A stretch of 63,218 bases of DNA, the filler included, from Choristocarpus tenellus KU-1152 (lineage: Eukaryota; Protista; Phaeophyceae): the NCBI GenBank assembly GCA_964200185.2. It is 9 parts of 9 records of this genome, joined end to end, with 100 filler letters (N's around TTAATTAATTAA, not from the genome) between each part and the next. Parts side by side here need not be neighbours in the genome. Positions count along the whole stretch, not along the records: positions 16,884 to 42,006 come from CAXNAD020000190.1; 8 more parts are not named here. One strand, written 5' to 3'. The position numbers and the translations under genes are program-made. The notes beneath the pieces were generated by a model, which worked only from the letters and a program-made list of their open reading frames with translations, had not been told where the DNA came from and ran no database searches. This document shows, piece by piece, positions 26,441 to 39,486 of this stretch (its first letter is position 1; each line of letters starts with the position of its first letter).

Positions 26441-26640
26441 ATGCAAGCTTGGCGATCTGCCATGAGGTGCAGCTTCGCTCTTCGTTTGGGCTGCTGTGTA
26501 GCTTCCTTCGGATATACTGCTAGCTTTGCCCCCCTGTCTCATCTAGCCAGCAGTGTGAGACCGGCTAACTTAGGTGCAGGACGCCCTGTATGGAGGAATG
26601 CGAAAAATGTACTGTCTATGAGTTCCAATCCAGCCGGAGG
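26441..26640 (+). other. Bipartite plastid-targeting presequence (signal peptide + ASAFAP-like motif + transit peptide)
   Basis: [24 protein letters not shown] followed by an Arg/Ser-rich, acid-poor segment before the mature ClpB start ([11 protein letters not shown]). Confidence 0.75.
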
Positions 26641-29600
26641 TGGGGCTCTCAACCCAGAATCTTTTACGGAGAAGGCATGGGACGCGGTTTCGAGACTTCC
26701 ATCTTTGGCGGATACTAACCGCGCCCAGGTACATCCCGAGCTTTGCTTCACCCCGATGTTGAACCTCCTTGGTTCATGGCGACCCATCGCAATTGCTTTT
26801 GCCATTTCTCGTCCCCATAGTATGACTTGTTCTCTCGATATGGCAGGTGGTCGAGACAGAGCTCCTCTTGAAGTCTCTTCTAAATGATGGCCCTCAGGGT
26901 CTCACACAACGGATCCTTTTCAAGGCGGGAGGAGACTCAAACAAGCTCACCAATGATCTGGACGCTTTCATGTAATATCCTTGGACAAGGAAACGTTAGT
27001 TTTAATTTTGAGCTGATCAACTTTTTTTTGTATGTGTGCATGTGTGTCTGTGCTGGTACAGATACCGTGCTCGTGAGTTGGATGTTTTCGTACTTGTGGA
27101 TAGAACAGATGAGATATTGCTGGTCGCACCAATTACCTGTATACCCTTTTTTTCATCGATTTCGCACATCGTGTATGAAACATCTCTGGCTGTATCCCAT
27201 TGTTTCTTTCAAGTTCTCAACAGGTACGCATCAGCGACACGAGTACCAAGGCCATGGGCAGGACTCTACAGAAGGTTATGGCTGCTGCATCGGGAGCACA
27301 AGCGGAGTTTGGGGATAACTTCATGTCCATTGAACACCTTTTCTTAGCCCTAGCACGGGAAGATGACCGGTTCACTATCAGTGCACTCAAAAGTCAAGCA
27401 TTGACAGCAGAGAAGATAATGGATGCTGTGAAGGAAATTAGGGGACCGCAGAAGGTTACCAGTAGGAACGCCGAAGCATCTTACGAGGTATGCAGGAAAG
27501 GAAGTACCAACCGTCCACCTCCCCCGTCTCCCCCCACTTCTTGGTCCAAAACAAATATCAGTGAACCACTCTGCTCTTCCCGATTTACAAAGGTTGATGC
27601 GACATTTGTAATGTTATTCTATCCTACCTTCCTCAGATTGAATATAATTTGAGGGTCAAATATCCAGATATCTGATATTTCAAGAGTTGTGCTGAGTGTG
27701 GACGAAATTCTAGTCATCCTTTTCTTTACTGTGAATGTAGAAGAAATGTTGCTCATACTTAGGAGGTGAAACTCTCTTCAAGTATTGAACTTCTTTGTCA
27801 CATTTTTTTTCTTTATTGAGTGTCCCTAAAGTGCTCTCTCACGCATGGTGAACATATACTTGTGCATACCCTAAAAGGCATTGTCTCAATATAGTCGAGA
27901 CCTGACCCAAGCTGCACGAGACGGAAAATTGGACCCAGTCATTGGTCGAGATGATGAGATACGACGAACAGTGCAAATACTCAGCCGCCGCACCAAGAAC
28001 AACCCCATCCTTCTAGGAGAACCAGGTAAAATTTGCTTGGATTCTTCCACCACCATAAAGGTTCACTAGAGGTCTTTGAAATTGAGGGTTAAAGTGCCAC
28101 TGCTAAAAGAAAGACAGTATGGAAGTCACTCAAACAAGCTAGAGTAGCACATCACTAGAGTAAAGACGCACGGTCTTGCCAGTCTTGGACCAGCATGTTT
28201 CTGAGACAATTTATGAATGATAATGTGTAGCCCGTGTTCATTTTGCTATCATCAACAGGTGTGGGTAAGACAGCCATCGCTGAAGGTCTGGCACAACGTA
28301 TTGTTTCAAAGGATGTGCCAGAATCGCTGAAGGGTCGAAAGCTGGTGGCACTAGACATGGGTGCTCTCATTGCTGGGGCCAAGTACAGGGGAGAATTCGA
28401 GGAGCGCCTCAAGGTGCAGCCTGGTGTGGTTGTGATATGAAACTACAGTAGAGGATAGTTTCTTATGGGATATAAAGCTGTGACTGATTGCATGTGCTTC
28501 TGCTTGGTCATGAAAATGACCCCCAACCACTGCATGCATAGATTCATGCAACAGTGCACACTCATTGTTGTTTACTTGACATTTACAGTAACTCAAAGCC
28601 TTCCATGGTGGTACAGACTATGATCTATGTTCCACACCTCTTTTGCTGCTTGTCCAAAATATTTTATCAGGTGGAGTTTGAGAGTTTGTATTGCAGGATT
28701 AGGAGGTGGATGGGTTGAGGTGCCCTTAGGCCATCTGCACCACCACAAAGTGCTCCACCCCATTAACCGTTAACTCCTCACCCTCGCACTGACCCATCCT
28801 GTCCTCAACATCCCCCTCCACCATCACTTTGAGAATGGGAGTGACCAAAAATGGGTGTCTCACTTTCATTACAAGATGGTGTGGAATGTCCTAATTGACC
28901 AGGGTGTGGATCCTTTGTCAGCCATTAAATCCAATCCATCCCAAGAAACATTTTGACTGCCAATGTGTCGTTGAATCATGTGAAAGCCTGGTTTTACAAC
29001 ATAGATGTCTCTTTTTCTGTCACAAACAAAGTAGTAGCTCAAAGTGTTGAGGGATTAGATGTAGTTAGTGGAGGAGTGATTGGTTAGTTTCGAGGCAGTG
29101 TAGAGATATGATACGACCTGTCATGGTGTTGGGAGTTGGCTCTTGAGTTCTTCCTAGCAGCACCATTACTTTGAGGTGCAGTAGGTCATTCTTGTTTCTA
29201 CCTTCATATGAAGAACACTAAAGATGTCAATGCCACCTTTTTGTCACATGTTGTACTACTGCACTGTGTGATAGGCTGTCCTGAAAGAGGTCACTGAGAG
29301 TGAGGGTCAGGTGGTCATGTTTATCGATGAGATACACACTGTTGTGGGAGCTGGTGCAATCTCTGGTTCTATGGACGCAAGCAACCTGCTGAAGCCTATG
29401 CTTGCTCGTGGTGAACTGCGCTGCATTGGTGCCACAACGCTGAATGAGTACAAGCAGGTTGGCCTCATCATTCCCCTCCTTTTGATTGATGATAGGTCCA
29501 ATAGATTAAAGATTATTGAACAGATGGAAAGACTTATCACCTTAGTGAAATACATTTTTACTTCAATTCAATAAACTTGAGCATTCATTGTGATGACATT

Positions 29601-32600
29601 TTAAGTGCTTGTCTTTGCCCTGCCTACTGCTTCTACCTGTGGAAAATGCCTGTTTCCTGTAGAACATGGAGAAAGATAAAGCCTTGGAGAGGAGATTCCA
29701 GCAGGTTTTTGTGAAGCAGCCAAATGTGGAGGATACGGTATGAATGTATCATTATTGCTGATCTGCTGTTTCAACTTATCTCTACTAGAACTTCATCATT
29801 AATAGTAATTTTCTGTATGAGCTTGAAGTGATTTTGAGTGTATCATGACAATCATAACTGAATTTCCTCCTTCATGTGGAAAGGAGTGCTACTTGAACAT
29901 GATAGTGCTGATGAGGTGATAAAACTAGCAAAAGGACTATGGCATGCATATTTTACATAGATAGCTCAAGTCACTTGTGTCATGGTGAGGCATTGGTAAA
30001 ATCTTGATGGTTCATCTACTGTCCTGATTTTTGCGAGGAGTTAGGTTAGCATACTTCGTGGTCTGAAGGAGCGCTATGAGGTGCACCATGGTGTTCGCAT
30101 CCAGGACTCGGCACTGGTTGCAGCCTCTCAGTTGTCGCACCGATACATTGCTGACCGGTTCCTGCCTGACAAGGCAATTGACCTGGTTGATGAATCAGCA
30201 GCAAAGCTAAATATTGAGGTTAGTGTCTGAAAATGTTTGACCCAAAACATTCTTCTACTAAACACGGTAGACATTGGAGTCATTGTTGAGTTGCTGTTAC
30301 TATTTGTTCGTCAATATTCATAGGAATGAAATAAAGTTGAAATAACATTGTTCAAAGATTTTGTTTACTTTGTTTACTTACCTTCATATAATTGCTTTTC
30401 GTGAGGAGAGAAGTCAGGTACTAACATAGTGCCTGCCATGGGCTTGATTTTTTCTGTGGTTGATGCGTGTGTGTAGAAAATGCATGTGGAGGGACTTACT
30501 CTGGAAGATTTTTTATTTACATTTGTAAATATTGGAGTAACACTGCAATTTGATACTGTTGTAATGTATGGGGTGGATGGAGCAGGTTACTAGCAAGCCG
30601 CAGGTGATCGATGAGGTTGACCGCCGCTTGATTCAGCTGGAGATGGAGAAACTTTCCTTGCGATCGGAAACAAAGAGGGACTCACTTGAACGAGTCACAC
30701 AAATTGATGAAGAAATGGATTCTTTGAAGGAGAAGCAGGTGGAGAATATGTTCTGAACCGTACAATGCAAATCATACCATCTTTGCCTACATAAGGAATT
30801 TGAACAAAACATACACCAATTGCAGGCACAAGTGTAAAGACAGTGGTATATGTGTTAATGAGGATACATGCATGAACATTCAAGATACAAGTTGGAGCAT
30901 GTAGTACTGCTGCTCTTACTGTTGCGCATATTACTTTCCTGACAGGCTGAGTTGACAGCAGTGTGGGATAATGAGAGGAACCGTGTGGGGAAAGTGCAAG
31001 AACTGAAGGAAAAAATCGATGCAGCAAAGGTTGACATAGAGAATGCAGAAAGGAGCTACAACCTCAATCTAGCTGCAGAGCTCAAATACTCCACCATACC
31101 AGCGTTGCAGGTGGGCAATTCCATAGCCATACTAACAACCCAGTTTTTTATTGGGTCAAGTAGAGTTTGGATGGTGTTTGCTCTTGTTGCGAAGGAGTTC
31201 TGTGTTTGATAATGGGATAACATCCACTGTCTTTGTTCCTTTCTCTCAATTTGCTCTAAGTACAAATTGTTTACATAGCATGTGTTAAAACATAGGCTAC
31301 TCACCTGTTGTGTTCTTGATGCAACAGTATCACCAGTTCATACTGACTGTTGATTTTTCCATTGGTACTGGTTGTTACGCCCATTTACATCATTAGCTCC
31401 TCTTTACAACATCATCAATTACTGTTTGAACATCATGGTACATAGGAAGCATGGAACATATGCTACCTATCAAACTTCCAGGCATAATATGTGCAGTATG
31501 AGTTGCCTCAGATATTGGTTCTAGTTTGTTTTTCTTTCTTCTCCACATTAGAAGTCTTCAGTTGTTTATCATATGCTGATTATTCTTTTTCTAACTGGCA
31601 TTGTCCAAATCTGGTGGCACCGTGTTGATTCCTCTTCAATTTTGGTTGGTTTGATTCAATAGCGGGAGCTGGAGGAAGAGGAGAAAGTGCTGGATGCTGC
31701 TGCTGGTGCTTCTCTTGAAGGTGACACCCGTCTTCTTCGAGACGAGGTTACCCCTGATGATATTGCTGCAGTAGTGGCTGCATGGACGGGTGAGCAGTAC
31801 TTGGCAGTGGTGCATATTCTTTTTCAAAACTTCATTGCTTTTGTTAATGTTAGCGTGGCTTAGGTAAAATAACATTATCTTGGACTTCTTTGTGTCCTTG
31901 AGCCTCTATACTCCATGTGTGTTGGTGAGAGCAGTCCCATACCTTCCGAGAAAAGAAGTCAAAATATACAAACTAGACTTACCACTAAACACTGTGTAGG
32001 TTGAGTGCCCTCCACACAACAGTTCCTGGTGCCTTTGCTGAAGGCATAATTTTCAGGTTCATCTTTTGCTTTATTATTTGCAGATAGCTATGGAAATGGT
32101 GTGTCTACCTTGAGTTCACATTAATTGAGCCAGGCATGAGTTACTCTTCGAAAATTTTGTTTGAAACTTTCATAATTTGTATACCTCGATGCCATGGTTA
32201 GTTGTTTATTCCCATACTAGTGGAGGGTTTACAGGAGTTGAAGTTTATGATGTAATTTTTTTCACTCATGCCGTAGCAAGTGATGAAACCAGCACCTGTT
32301 ATATTTATGTTCATGAAGGTATCCCTCCTGGCAAGCTCCTGGAGAGCGATAGAGAGAAGCTGCTAAACTTGGGTGATGTGCTGCATGAGAGGGTTATTGG
32401 TCAAGACGAAGCTGTTCGTGTAGTTGCTGAGGCAGTTCAACGCTCAAGGGCAGGGCTTAGTGATCCCAACAAACCTACTGCAAGCTTAGTCTTCCTTGGA
32501 CCAACAGGGTGTGTTGGTATTACTCTTGCTGGTATATTGGGCCTTGATTGCAGATGTCTCCTATATAAAGTGTAATAGTAGTGTTGGTTTGCTTTTTAAA

Positions 32601-35600
32601 AATATGAGAACCCAGGATAATCATGTGGTCAACAAAGCTCTGAATTTGGTGGCAATTATATACTTCATATCAATACTACAACATTCTGATATTGCTGCAC
32701 AGTAGGTAAAGTTTAGTTTTTTCGATGAAGGTGCTGATTCTCTTCATAGACAAACCTAACTTGATGTGTTGAAGATGGCCTTGTTGAAAGGTAACATCAA
32801 CATTCAATCTTCTGTTCAAAGTCTACTCATGACTTCGAAATTTGGAAAGGTGTTGATTCTCCGGAATACTTAATGTTTGAGCCTCTAGTTTTGTTTCTTG
32901 GTTGTGGAAAAAGAACAACATCGATACTGTCTCTCTTCCTCGCCTGACTTAATTTGCTTAACTTGCTACATGTAAATACCTTCATATTACTAAGCTCAGA
33001 TTGTCTTATCAAATATCTCTGATCACATTAGACTGAATGATGGAAGTACTTTCTTATCCGAATATCCTTGTTAGAGACATGCCCAATATGCCTGTATTGG
33101 GTCAAGGTCATTTGCTGTTGCTTCCAGCTCCGCTTTCCTTTCATTGTCGTCAAGTAACAAGGATGTCTGACCCATGCCCCTGTGTAATGTGCTGTTGTCT
33201 GTATTGTATGGATACATGTGGTACAGTGTGGGCAAGACGGAGCTATGCAAGGCACTGGCTACATACATGTTTAATACAGAAGATGCTATGGTGAGAGTGC
33301 TGCAAAACATGCCTTGGATAGATCTGTCGTTGACATTTGGGCTTCTAGTCAAGTTTGCTATATATGTATGTCATTCTTTGTACATTGCCTTGGACGTCTT
33401 TCACTATTTAGGAAACATATACCTGTCCTCCCAAATCCCAGATTCGCATTGACATGTCCGAGTATATGGAAAAGCATTCTGTATCTCGCCTTATTGGTGC
33501 CCCACCGGGATATGTGGGTTATGAGGAAGGAGGACAGCTCACTGATGCAGTTCGCCAAAGGCCATACTCTGTCATTCTCTTTGATGAAATGTAAGTTGAT
33601 GCAAGAGTTTGTGAAGGTTCCCTTTGAGTTGAAACAGGTTTTTGTAGACAAGTTGACACAGTCACCGTTGGTATCACTCTATTCACAATAAATTCGTATA
33701 GCAGCTTTAGTGGCTTCTACTGTGTTGCCAGGGTGACATCTAAACTTGATTGAAATCCTGGCTTCAAATTATTTTTTCGTGCTGGCTATTGATATATTAT
33801 CTAGCTAAGAAAAGACTAACCACCACATGTCAGAGAAATCTTTATCTACTGTGCTGGTTGAATATTGCTCTGCTTACATGACAGCACGTTTGGCAACTCT
33901 TCAGAACTGGTGTGTATGATATGGAGGAGTCACAGAATGACCTTTCTGCTTGCACAGCTGGCATCAGGTCAAGTACAGCACTCACAACTAGTGAACCATC
34001 CGTTTTTTAGTCATGCCAGATGGTGATTCTTCGATTTTATCTGTTCTTATCTTACAGGGAAAAGGCTCATGGCGATGTCTTCAACCTCATGTTGCAGCTC
34101 CTTGATGATGGGCGTTTGACAGACAGTCAAGGAAATGTGGTAAACTTCCGCAACTGCATTATAATCTTCACATCAAATGTGGGCAGCCAAAGCATTCTTG
34201 ATGTGGCAGGGGATCCTTCAAAGCGTGAGGTATGTTTACCTGCCACATATTTTTCATCATTATATCTTTTGTCTTTTCACAATAAGTTAAAACTGTAGAA
34301 ATCGTGCCTGAACATGACTATAAATGCCTTGTTTCAAAGTGAGCTACTTTTCATGTGCTGTCTGTTACTCTCTGTTGCTGTGTCTGTTTCTTCACAGGAA
34401 ATGCGTAGCCGAGTGTTAAGTGCTATGCGAGAAGAGTTTAAACCTGAGTTCTTGAATCGCCTTGATGAGTTTGTGATATTTGATACTATTTCTAAGGAGG
34501 ATATGCGAAAGATCACCTCTCTTGAACTCAAGAAAGTCACCTCTAGATTGGAAGGCAGGAACATCACGCTGAAGGCTACAGATGAGGCACTGGACTTCTT
34601 GTCCGATGTTGGGTGAGATAATTTTTTTTTGAAGTGTGTTGCATTTTTGCCAGTTGCTTTCTGACTGCCCATCAGATGTATGGTAGAACATCCTGTACTA
34701 CTATTTTGAGAGTTTAGAATATTCATAGTAGAGTGAACTCAGTTATGTGTTGGAGGCTACATCAATATTCTTTGTACTTTTTGTTTTCTACCAATCAACA
34801 TAAAAGATGTAGGGGTAATGGCAACTATTTTACATAATGATAGCTGCTGACATTTGTTGCAATGGCAGATCATCTCCTATGTCAGTAGCATTTATTCCAT
34901 CCACCTCATCATGACTGATCTTACAAGAATCTAGGAATATCCTCCCTTCTAACATCCGATGATGCACTCAAACTTGATAAAAAGGCATGCAATTACCCAC
35001 TATGTAGAAGCATTTTGATCAGTTTGGGAATTTGATTACTATTGAAAAGACAAACTTTGCTGCACATTAGTTAGCACAGGCGGTTAAGATTTGTCTCGCA
35101 GAGGGTGCTTGCTAGATAAACTGTTGAATTTTTTTCCACACAAGGGTTCTTGCTTATGTTTGAGGTGCTGTTACTTCTCACCTTTCCAACTCAATATGCA
35201 ACATTGACACAAGAGTCACTTACACTTCGCAGTCTCCAAGTTTGAAGGAACTATTATGACTGGTATATATATACTTGGGGAGCACTAGCAAGACTGTTTC
35301 ATGAATATAGACCTCACCTCGAGGTTTTGATATCAAGTCTAGTCCTGTGTGTCACCATTCTGTCCACAGGAAATATGTACAAATGTTTCAAATACAATTC
35401 ATTTCCTGCTTATTATTACCCCAGAGAATTTAAACAATACACTTCTTGATTTGTGGCATTGCTTCCCTCCTCTGCTTGTGTTCAGGTATGATCCTGTGTA
35501 TGGTGCTCGCCCTTTGAAGAGAACAATTCAACGTGAAGTTGAAACATTGTTGGCAAAGTCAATCATATCGGGAGAAGTGAAGCCAGGGGACACTATCCTT

Positions 35601-35660
35601 GCACAGATTGTTAATGAACGATTTGACATTATTGTGGAGGAAAGGACACCAGTTGCATGA
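26441..35660 (+). CDS. clpB: Chaperone ClpB/Hsp100 (AAA+ disaggregase), nuclear-encoded, plastid-targeted; complete, 17 exons, 943 aa
   Basis: Exons 26441-26728, 26847-26971, 27214-27487, 27878-28025, 28259-28413, 29275-29457, 29663-29737, 30045-30218, 30586-30738, 30946-31110, 31663-31789, 32319-32508, 33227-33290, 33442-33590, 34058-34229, 34398-34612, 35486-35660. Total 2832 nt, all GT-AG, phases consistent. Clp N-domain (FTEKAW; IEHLFLAL), NBD1 GEPGVGKT and FIDEIH, long coiled-coil M-domain (AAELKY, typical of ClpB), NBD2 [40 protein letters not shown]. Confidence 0.97.
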
Positions 35661-37563
35661 TATTCATTCACATGGTGTGAAAAAAATGCTGCAGTTTGGT
35701 TCCTATGGGTTATAGTACGTACTCGGCGGGTGAAATTCAGCTGCATCTTTGTTATTTTCAATTTGCTGGGTTGTGCAGATCATTTGCAAGCCTTTTCAGA
35801 CTATTTATTCTCACAAGACTGAACAATACAAACAGCAATAGACACCCTCTGCATATTTGCTTGGGACAGAAAGCGGCATTGTCATGATGATGCAGTGTGG
35901 GAGATGGTGCCTTACACTCTTTTGAGCTTCCTCAAAGCACCTGACAGGTGTGCTCAGGGTTTTTTTGTTACTTCTTGCAACAAGCATGAGTGACATGAGT
36001 GACAGATTTAGTTTTGGAAATGTAGAGAAGGTTGTGCTATTGCTCGTTGGCAACAGTGCTGTGATTGAAGGTGCACCCCATTTTGCACCTGAAGCACTTG
36101 TGGATCAGGCAAGAATGGTGAGTTTGTAGTGCTATCAAGAAAGCTTAGGCGAATGAACACAACTGAAGTGTTGCACTCACTTCCATCAATATGGTATGTA
36201 GATAGCCTGTGCTCCTGCCACCAAGACAAACAACACAGACTTACGTACATTCTTGAAAATATATGACACTGCTCAAGGCTACACATATAATTAAACCACG
36301 CTATGGCTTTGCATACAGTATCCGTAACAACTACTTTTTCACAACTCATGCAATCCATGTCTAGGAATCAAGAGGGAAGAGAGTATTCCAAGATTTTGTG
36401 TAGTAGGCCAAGTGGCAAAGACTTACCCCAATATTATGCAGCTCTAGTCAGAGAAATCAAGCACCTCAGCAATGTCCAATTGATGACAATAGACTCAATT
36501 TTTACTATTTAATAAATTGTTGTTATAGAAAAGCTTTGAAATTGGCCCTGAGCTTTCATATTTTCTTCCTTTGTTGTCCTTGAAAAACTAATACAGAAAT
36601 ATCAGCATCTTCAAATGTATATTGATGGTACTAGGATCCAAATCTGCTTGGTAGCACTGTGCGCATGGTCTGCAAATACAAACGAACCGCCACGGGTTAT
36701 ATACTCACATTACTGTGAAGTGGCTCAATATATTGACAGAATCCCGGTTGCTTCATTGTTCTGGGCAGTTGGCATGGCTGCGGTCCAGGCCATCCATGGA
36801 GGGGAACCGTCACGTAGAAATATCTCACTGTTTTGGATATCTTATTCCTTCATCGGGGTCGAAAAAGTCACATTACACTCAATTCCAAAGGGAGAAAGCA
36901 TGTCTATTTATCTGAGAAGTAGATTCCTAAAGTATTCAGCAAATTGCTTTTGTATGTGTGTAAGTCATATCTACCAGAAATATAACTTGAGGGCATAAGT
37001 GAACCTTGGACCCTAAAATTTCAGGTACATACAGATTGTCTAAGACAAGAGATTGGATGCAATGGGGTTGCAGTTAGTGCACACCGTCTAGGTTTGATTT
37101 GTGGGGGATTGCAGTTGTAAGGAACATGAAGGACTTGGGGTGACATGCTTAGAGTGGAAGCAACAAAAGCCAGAAAAGCAAAGAGGAAGGAAAAGGTTGA
37201 GGGGTGGCAAGCATGATTAGGGTGTTTCCACTGGATGCTTTCCTCAGCATATCCACACTTGGGAGAAACCTAAACCTTTAATGACTCTTCTCCTAAGCGT
37301 GGTCCCTAAATCACAAAAATTCAAACTAGAATGATGGCTATTTGATTGTATAAATCTATATTTCTTTTGATTAACCTTAAGCCTATAGCTCTGTGTTAAG
37401 TGATGCTGTTGGACATAGCTTCATTGTTAGTTCATAGTAGTGTTGGGGTTGGGGTCAGGCTAGAGAGAATAAGGTTGTCAGAAATCAAGTTGCGAGAGAT
37501 CAAGGAAGTCCATCTACAAGGTTCAGAGTGCATGGCGAAGACAGAGAAGTCACTGAGCTAGTT

Positions 37564-38870
37564 CTATAGCATCATACAAGCTACTAGAGCAATCACAATA
37601 CTCCGTAGCACATAGTTAGAGAAGGCAGTTGTATGCTGTACAAAAATATCAACAGGTAAACAAGCTTGTCTTTCAAACAGGGTGAAAAACGGGGTTTCAT
37701 GCAACTTTGCACCAAATCCTGTGCTATGGGCTAACTGTACAAAAGGCAGTAACAATGCCCAGTTATCTTCAGCAACAGATACACACATTGCTAGCACAGA
37801 ATGCAACGTAGCATGACTCTAACACAGATTTCTTTGGGGTGATACAGTGTGGTTTTGGTTTCCTTGTAACCAAAGACAGACTGCAACTCTGCAACAATAC
37901 TGTTTTCAAAATTTTGGTTTTCTTGTATCCAAAGACAGCCTGCAACTCTGCAACAATACTGTTTTCAAAATTGGTCCCTTTATTGGAGTGTAACAGCTCA
38001 GTTGGTCCAAATATTTAAATACACGTTCTATCAGCATACGAGCAATTGTTGCGGCCACTTTATTTGGAACAGGACTCAGCACAACAAAATAAGTGAGGTG
38101 ATCAATGGCAGACAACACATACGAGCACATTGCACCATTTGCTGCTGGGGAATGTGTTTTACACTCTACCAAATCCATAGCAACACGTTGAAATAGTCTG
38201 TCAACGGGTATATGGCCAGTGGGAAGCGTAACTTTGTTATGAGCAGTCTTGCGCGTTTGGCATGCTTGACAATCACGGTACCATGTATGAACATCAATAT
38301 AGAATGTTGGCCACCAATATGAGTCTCTAATCTTACCAAACGTGGGTTTGAAACCTATGCGGCCTGCAGAAAATGCATGGTCATGGCAACCATGGAGTAC
38401 AAGAGGGACTAAAGAATGAGGAATGACCAACTGATCTCTAAATGTGCTCCTCTTACGACGATGGCCTGGTAAATACGAACGATACAGCAAGCCATTACGA
38501 AGGAAAAAGTACGACATAGACTCTGTTGATTCTTCATCAGGTGGTGGGACAACGTTGGGGGGTTGCAAATACCTGAAATATTTGTCTGAACTTGGATTCC
38601 TGCTCCTCGTACAATTTCTCCCGGTCCACTGCAGGGAACACATTAGTGGAACTAGTGAATAGTTCACGATCACTTTGGACAGATGTTGCTCTTGCCAATC
38701 AAGGATTGCACTGAAGGCCTTTATGACACTATTATCAAGTAGTATTTTATCGGGAACAAGTTGGGGAATCATTCCACTTCTCTTCATAAAAATTGGTTCT
38801 CTCGTGGGGGTGGAACGAATTCTGAATGAGGAAACAGCATGGGAGGGACTGACCGTGTCAATCTAAAAAA
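37564..38870 (-). mobile_element. Ty3/gypsy LTR retrotransposon integrase remnant
   Basis: H2C2 zinc finger (CHDHAFSAGRIG...YWWPTF...CQACQ), rve core (RVAMDLVE...YVLSAIDHLT) and downstream NWALLLPFVQLAHST...HETPFF; frameshifted. Confidence 0.9.
37853..37970. repeat. 59-bp tandem duplication inside the gypsy integrase
   Basis: ttttggttt..ttgta.ccaaagacag.ctgcaactctgcaacaatactgttttcaaaa occurs twice (37853-37911, 37912-37970). Confidence 0.85.
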
Positions 38871-39237
38871 AATCTGGACATCTTTCCATGACGTTGGAGG
38901 GGCTACTGGAAGATGGTTATTAGGACACAACTGGTATCTGAACACATCTCAAGGGAAACACCATTCCTCGGTGTTGGCTAAGGTCGGACAATAAATGTTT
39001 CTGTAATGGGGCCTGGTTCTTTGTGTTTGACAACCTCAGAGAGCCCTCTACACTCCCATCAGTAACACATCCCAACATCTATTTTAAAATATTCATGGTG
39101 GTTGGGAGGAATTTTTCCCAAAACTTCAAGTCGTATGTAGTGAAATGACAGGGACAGGTCATCTTTTTTGGGATCTCCGACACTGATGAGGATAATACGC
39201 GCGGTCATATACATTTGCGCACGTCACCTTTTGCGAT

Positions 39238-39480
39238 TGAGACCAGGCCAAGAGATGTGGTGTGGGTCAGATGCACGACTGGCACGCAGTAACCCCGACA
39301 TGAACAGTGGAATAAAACCAGCAAAGCAGAGAATATATTTTCTGATCTGACTGGTCACAACCAACCACATTGAAGATCAATCCATGTATGGATAATCACA
39401 AAAGTCAACACGTGACAACAAAGAGAATCTTTGATTGAAGAGATGTCAACTACTTGTGGGATTGATCTCTTGATTCCACA
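39238..39480 (-). mobile_element. Possible 5' LTR (TG...CA) plus PBS-like site of the gypsy element
   Basis: Minus strand TGTGGAATC...CACCACA (39480-39256) followed after 5 nt by TGGCCTGGTC; no partner LTR found. Confidence 0.3.
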
Positions 39481-39486
39481 CCTCAA

